Part shown: piece by piece, positions 6,571 to 10,491 of the stretch | Numbering within the stretch: the stretch's first letter is position 1 | Layout: each line of letters starts with the position of its first letter | Source of the DNA: a virus | Taxonomy: Duplodnaviria > Heunggongvirae > Uroviricota > Caudoviricetes | Virus record (IMG/VR): IMGVR_UViG_3300042868_003052 | Coordinates: 1 to 10,491 of that record | Direction: 5' to 3' (one strand) | Length of the DNA stretch: 10,491 bases | Position numbers and translations under genes: made by a program | The notes under the pieces: model-generated | The model's database searches: none | Told to the model about the DNA's origin: nothing | Seen by the model: the letters and a program-made list of their open reading frames with translations, nothing else

Positions 6571-7129
6571 GCTTGATGTTGGCAATCCTGTTGTTAGACA
6601 AACAACGCTACCGTATGACGTTACTTTAGACCAAGTTGCATATTCCTCAGACACTGATCTGATCAAGCTTGACCCTCCAAAACTGTCTAACACAGCAGAC
6701 AGGGAAGCTTTCAAGCTCACATTTAGTGACCCTGAACTTAAGTATGCACCCTTGTGTGATAGCATGATCAATGCACCTGTTACGGTGTTTGGTGGTTTCT
6801 ATAACACCACCGGTGCAGACTTGCCAGTATCGCTTGGACCACCTGTCTCACCAAACGATCCAGTACTAAACTCTAAGGATTTGCTAATTATCTATAGTGG
6901 TTTTGTTGACACTGTGCGTTATGCAATTAACGAAGAGAATGGTGTGATCTTGGAGATTGAGTGTGCGTCTCCAATGGCTAGTTTGGATGCTCTGAATGTG
7001 TTCTACACAACACAGAACTCACTACGACAACGAGTACCTAGTAGTGAGTGGTCTAATGCAGCCGACACATCATTTGATAATGTGTCTCTAGGCGGTAGGT
7101 CTCAAGAAATTTTGTGGGGTAAAATATGA
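6500..7129 (+). CDS. Tail-tip / minor tail protein (lambda gpL N-domain-like hub component), 209 aa
   Basis: It sits between Dit and the large hub gene. Its blocks MRKFS...FYLLELD...TTLPYDV...DPPKLS...DREAFKLTFSD...IIYSGFVD...IECASPMASLD...DTSFD...LWGKI match a siphophage tail-tip family I recognise. The stop overlaps the next start (ATGA, 7126-7129). Confidence 0.68.
   Translation: MRKFSPTVTRLLSEGVYSGFYLLELDVGNPVVRQTTLPYDVTLDQVAYSSDTDLIKLDPPKLSNTADREAFKLTFSDPELKYAPLCDSMINAPVTVFGGFYNTTGADLPVSLGPPVSPNDPVLNSKDLLIIYSGFVDTVRYAINEENGVILEIECASPMASLDALNVFYTTQNSLRQRVPSSEWSNAADTSFDNVSLGGRSQEILWGKI
7116..7120 (+). promoter_or_regulatory. SD-like site of the hub/fibre gene
   Basis: GGGGT lies 5 nt before ATG 7126. 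Confidence 0.5.
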
Positions 7130-10100
7130 GTTTATTTGCAGCATCCACTTGGATTGCTGTTGCAAGCATGGCGTATAGCTACTATAATCAGCAGCAAGCC
7201 AAGAAAGCTCAAGCAAAAGCAAGACAAGAAGCTGAACAGCGTGCTGACCTTGCGAAAGGCTTTCAATTCACTACGGAAGGTCAAGCAAAGTCTTTGCCTG
7301 TGCTATATGGCCGAAACAAAGTAGGTGGTGTTAGGGTTCACTTTAAAGTAACTGACGCTTATAACTTTGCAGATGTAGCACCAGGTGGTATCTCTTTTGA
7401 GAGCAAGAAACAGCCAGACAATTCTCCACCAGCAGTTTATAAATTGGTTAACACTAATTCAGACTGGACTGGTACTTGGTCTTTGGTTGAATCAACTACA
7501 GAAGACTTCAATAATCATCCAGGTTGGGTGGTTACAAAAGAAGACTTAGCGGCTTGGAAATATCCAGATCGTATTTTTGAAAATGAGAGCATTTCTTATG
7601 GTGCACCAAGTGTAGATTACATTTTCTGTCCATTTAAGTTTGGAACTGATACAGGTACTAAACCACCAGCATCTGTCCGTGCTCTTGGTTTTGAGTTTCC
7701 TGAACGTGCTGGCACTGAGATGGTGCTTAACACAAGTCGTAGTGGTGAGAAGAATGAATTCTTCTTTGTTCAGCAAGCAATTGCGCATGCATCTATTAAT
7801 GAGGTTTACACCTTTGACGTAGATCAGAAACCATATACATTTAGCGGTTACAGCTATGGTCTTCGTGCTCACATTTACAAGAATGGTAGTGTCGCTGACC
7901 CGTTGATGGTTGCTAACGATGCGACTAGAGCACAAGCAAGATTCTCCAAGACAGCTTATGCTTCGATGTGCTTTAAGCTCAATCGAGACGACCCTCAATA
8001 CAATGGTACGCCTGATGTCCAGTTTTATGTCGAGGGTACGAAAGTACGTACCGTAGAGAAAGCTGGCTCTGCTTATACAGTATCTGCCAACAAGATCTAT
8101 TCAAACAACTCAGCCTTGGTCTTGCTAGATTACCTTACTGACACTGCGTATGGTAAGGGATTGTCGTATAGCAATATTGACTTGGAATCTATTTACAAAG
8201 CTGCTAAAATCTGTGATATCTTGGTCAAGTCCAACATCACAAAGAAAGGCGCTTTGTGGCTATCTAAAGGTGGCAATCGTGATGTGAGGCTCTATGAGTG
8301 TAACATTGCATTAGATACTGGTTCTTCTTTCAGAGATAACATTCAAAAGATTCTCGATTCAATGGGTCTTGCTACTTTGGTTTGGTCTGAGGGTAAGTAT
8401 CGTTTAAATCTGCCATATGCCTTCTTGTACGAGGCTGGTCGCCAGTACTACACTGATGAGATTGTTCAGATCACCGTTAACAACGAGAATCGCTTGTATC
8501 GTTGTGTTCAAAACGCACTGAACAAAGATCCCGTCACTTCACCTACATTTTGGGCTGAAGACGTTATTGATGACGATTTGAAACGCATCAACGACGATGA
8601 TCTGCTGAACGGTGATGAGCTGTTAATCTCTTGGCCTAACTCTGAAACAAAGCTTAACTTTGCAACTGTCAGATATCTTAATGAAGATAAAGACTTTTCT
8701 GAAGACACTGTAAGCTGGCCTGAGAAAGAGCCTACCAATGGTAATGACACCGTCTATAGCAGCTTTATTGCTGAAGATAATAATGTACCATTGGAAGCTG
8801 AAATCTTTGAGGCAGGTTGCACAACTGAGTATCATGCTAAAGCCTTGGCTGAGCAGCGCGTACGTGCATCTAGAGCTACAGTAACCTATACTTTCAAAGC
8901 TGTTGCACGTGTCTTTAAGTTAGAGCCTGGTGATGTATTCGGTTTTGAAAGCAAGACTTTCAAGATACCTTATGTGTTGTTGAAAGTTGACGACATTGAG
9001 ACTGAAGAGGGTGGTGTTGTCAAAGTAACAGCGTCTACTTTTGATGCCAATCTATTTGCTTGGAACGTGCCTGATGACTACTACGTACCACTCGTAGATA
9101 ACTATGAAGGTTATGTAATCAAGCAAGCCAAGAACCTGCGTATGGTGGTTGGTGAGACATCTAACAAGACGTCTAACTACACTTTGCATTGGGACAAAGC
9201 TTCAGACAACCGTGTCAATCGCTACATTGTCAGATATACAAAAGACTCTATCGCTAATGTCACAAGTTCTAGCGCATGGCGTGACTTGGGCACAACTTAC
9301 GCTGATTCATTTGAGCTGCCTGCTCTAGATGGTGATTTCACATTTACTGTGGTGTCGTTGTCACGTGACGGGAGACCTGCACCATTTAAGAACTTGGCAG
9401 AAGGCTCTACTTGGCCGCTTATCTCATATCAGTTGTCATCTTCATTCTTGGATGGCTTTAATGCTCTGACAGCCAACCTGTCGAATGACACTCATGTGTT
9501 GTTTGCAAACTCAGCTGGTGTCGTTACCACATACGCTGGTTCAGGCACTGAGATTAATGTGTATGCAGGTTCAACTCCACTTGTTTACAATGGCGTTGGT
9601 ACAACTCCAGGAACTTTTAAAGTAGCTACCACAGGTGTTACAAACATTACATGTGGAACAATCTCACAGAAGCCTAATGATGTAACGACAGCTCTTGTCA
9701 ATTCACATACAAACCTAACAGCGACTACTGCCCAGATTACTTATGTGATCACAGGTACTACAGTTGCTGGCGCTACATTCACAATCAACAAGACTCAAAG
9801 TCTGAGTAAAGTGAGTGCAGGTGATAATGCTAAGTATGTGTACATTGGTCTCTCAGCTAATGTGATCTTCAAAGATGCTGCATCGGCTGCATTGACTGGT
9901 ATCCACTCTAGTGTGACAGCTACAGGTAAAATGGTCGTAGGTGCTTCAACAAGTAACTATGGCTTCTTAACTGTTACACCTAACAACGGTACTGAATCTT
10001 CAGCCGTGGAGGGTAGTATCACAATCAATCCTGCAAACGATGCTGGCACTACAAAGTACACCATCAAGCTTTACGATACTGCTGCAAAGACTACTCTCCT

Positions 10101-10491
10101 AGATACTGAGGAAATCCCTGTTGTATTTAAGGGTGACAAAGGGTCTGGCGCTATCAATGCGTTCATGAGTAACGGCGTACATGCGTTCCCTGCTGATTCT
10201 GCGGGTAATGTATTAAGCTATGCAAACTCAGGCACTGATGTCTTTGTTTACGAAGGTGGTAGTAGGCTTGCTTACAACCCTTCTTGGGCTGGTGAAAATG
10301 GTCAGTGGAAGGTTACGATCAGTAGCTCAAACATTGCGATCAGCTCATCTGTTGTAGATGTCGGTGACTTTGTCAGGATTGGTGACCATACTGCGATGAC
10401 TAGTGAAACAGCTGCAGTCTCGTACACAATCATGGGTAAGACTTCTGAAGGTGTTCCTTTTGAAACATACTTGACGCAGACATTGCTCAAG
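7126..10491 (+). CDS. Baseplate hub / central tail fibre (host-specificity, gpJ/pb3-like) protein, 3'-partial, at least 1122 aa
   Basis: Manual translation from ATG 7126 (MSLFAASTWIAVASMAYSYYNQQQAKKAQAKARQEAEQR...) gives no stop to the window end. It contains hub motifs SLPVLYGRNKVGG, SNNSALVLLDYLTDTAYGKG, LVWSEGKYRL and KLEPGDV (8917-8937), followed by an FN3-like domain and Thr/Ser-rich beta repeats. Confidence 0.9.
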   Translation, partial: MSLFAASTWIAVASMAYSYYNQQQAKKAQAKARQEAEQRADLAKGFQFTTEGQAKSLPVLYGRNKVGGVRVHFKVTDAYNFADVAPGGISFESKKQPDNSPPAVYKLVNTNSDWTGTWSLVESTTEDFNNHPGWVVTKEDLAAWKYPDRIFENESISYGAPSVDYIFCPFKFGTDTGTKPPASVRALGFEFPERAGTEMVLNTSRSGEKNEFFFVQQAIAHASINEVYTFDVDQKPYTFSGYSYGLRAHIYKNGSVADPLMVANDATRAQARFSKTAYASMCFKLNRDDPQYNGTPDVQFYVEGTKVRTVEKAGSAYTVSANKIYSNNSALVLLDYLTDTAYGKGLSYSNIDLESIYKAAKICDILVKSNITKKGALWLSKGGNRDVRLYECNIALDTGSSFRDNIQKILDSMGLATLVWSEGKYRLNLPYAFLYEAGRQYYTDEIVQITVNNENRLYRCVQNALNKDPVTSPTFWAEDVIDDDLKRINDDDLLNGDELLISWPNSETKLNFATVRYLNEDKDFSEDTVSWPEKEPTNGNDTVYSSFIAEDNNVPLEAEIFEAGCTTEYHAKALAEQRVRASRATVTYTFKAVARVFKLEPGDVFGFESKTFKIPYVLLKVDDIETEEGGVVKVTASTFDANLFAWNVPDDYYVPLVDNYEGYVIKQAKNLRMVVGETSNKTSNYTLHWDKASDNRVNRYIVRYTKDSIANVTSSSAWRDLGTTYADSFELPALDGDFTFTVVSLSRDGRPAPFKNLAEGSTWPLISYQLSSSFLDGFNALTANLSNDTHVLFANSAGVVTTYAGSGTEINVYAGSTPLVYNGVGTTPGTFKVATTGVTNITCGTISQKPNDVTTALVNSHTNLTATTAQITYVITGTTVAGATFTINKTQSLSKVSAGDNAKYVYIGLSANVIFKDAASAALTGIHSSVTATGKMVVGASTSNYGFLTVTPNNGTESSAVEGSITINPANDAGTTKYTIKLYDTAAKTTLLDTEEIPVVFKGDKGSGAINAFMSNGVHAFPADSAGNVLSYANSGTDVFVYEGGSRLAYNPSWAGENGQWKVTISSSNIAISSSVVDVGDFVRIGDHTAMTSETAAVSYTIMGKTSEGVPFETYLTQTLLK
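8428..8559 (+). other. CBM5/12 (ChtBD3)-like small carbohydrate-binding module within the hub protein
   Basis: YEAGRQYYTDEIVQITVNNENRLYRCVQNALNKDPVTSPTFWAE fits the pattern aromatic-x5-Y-x5-V-x10-Y-x-C-x8-P-x6-W. Confidence 0.6.
9118..9384 (+). other. Fibronectin type III-like domain
   Basis: AKNLRMVV...YTLHWDKASDNRVNRYIVRY...W...FELPAL...FTFTVVSLSRDGRPAP shows the FN3 Trp (strand B), Tyr (strand C) and Leu/aromatic-V-x-[AS] (strand F) pattern. Confidence 0.7.
9451..10491 (+). repeat. Duplicated ~115-aa beta-rich (Ig-like) module in the fibre; copy 1 at 9451-9810, copy 2 at 10150 to beyond 10491
   Basis: LSNDTHVLFANSAGVVTTYAGSGTEINVYAGSTPLVY...TAQITYVITGTTVAGATFTINKTQSLSK aligns with MSNGVHAFPADSAGNVLSYANSGTDVFVYEGGSRLAY...TAAVSYTIMGKTSEGVPFETYLTQTLLK. 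The offset is 687 nt (229 aa), and the 11-mer TCAGGCACTGA is shared at 9541 and 10228. Confidence 0.85.

Noticed and set aside
1030-10072. Frequent AAGCTT hexamers
   Set aside because: Explained by preferred codons (AAG-CTT, AAA/GAA-GCT-T); no positional pattern.
1-10491. Stop-codon reassignment, DGR, CRISPR array or IS element
   Set aside because: Genes tile the window in the standard code, and no reverse transcriptase, TR/VR pair, spaced repeat array or transposase is visible.

Overview
The window is a single + strand tail-morphogenesis operon of a long-tailed (siphovirus-type) phage or prophage. Gene order: (1) a very long tape measure protein (TMP), open from the window start to 5219, at least 1738 aa; (2) a 176-nt spacer with a GC-rich, hairpin- and repeat-rich core; (3) a distal tail (Dit)-like protein, 5396-6028; (4) an unexpected cupin-fold-like gene, 6028-6570; (5) a tail-tip gpL-like protein, 6500-7129; (6) a baseplate hub / central tail fibre (gpJ/pb3-like) gene from 7126 that runs off the window. 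The supplied ORF track misses gene 6; my manual translation gives 1122 codons with no stop. No tRNA, rRNA, CRISPR array or transposase is evident. The most unusual elements are the cupin-like gene wedged into the tail-tip cassette, the structured TMP-Dit spacer, and a small CBM5/12-like module apparently inserted in the hub protein. All family assignments come from motif recognition and gene order, not from database searches.
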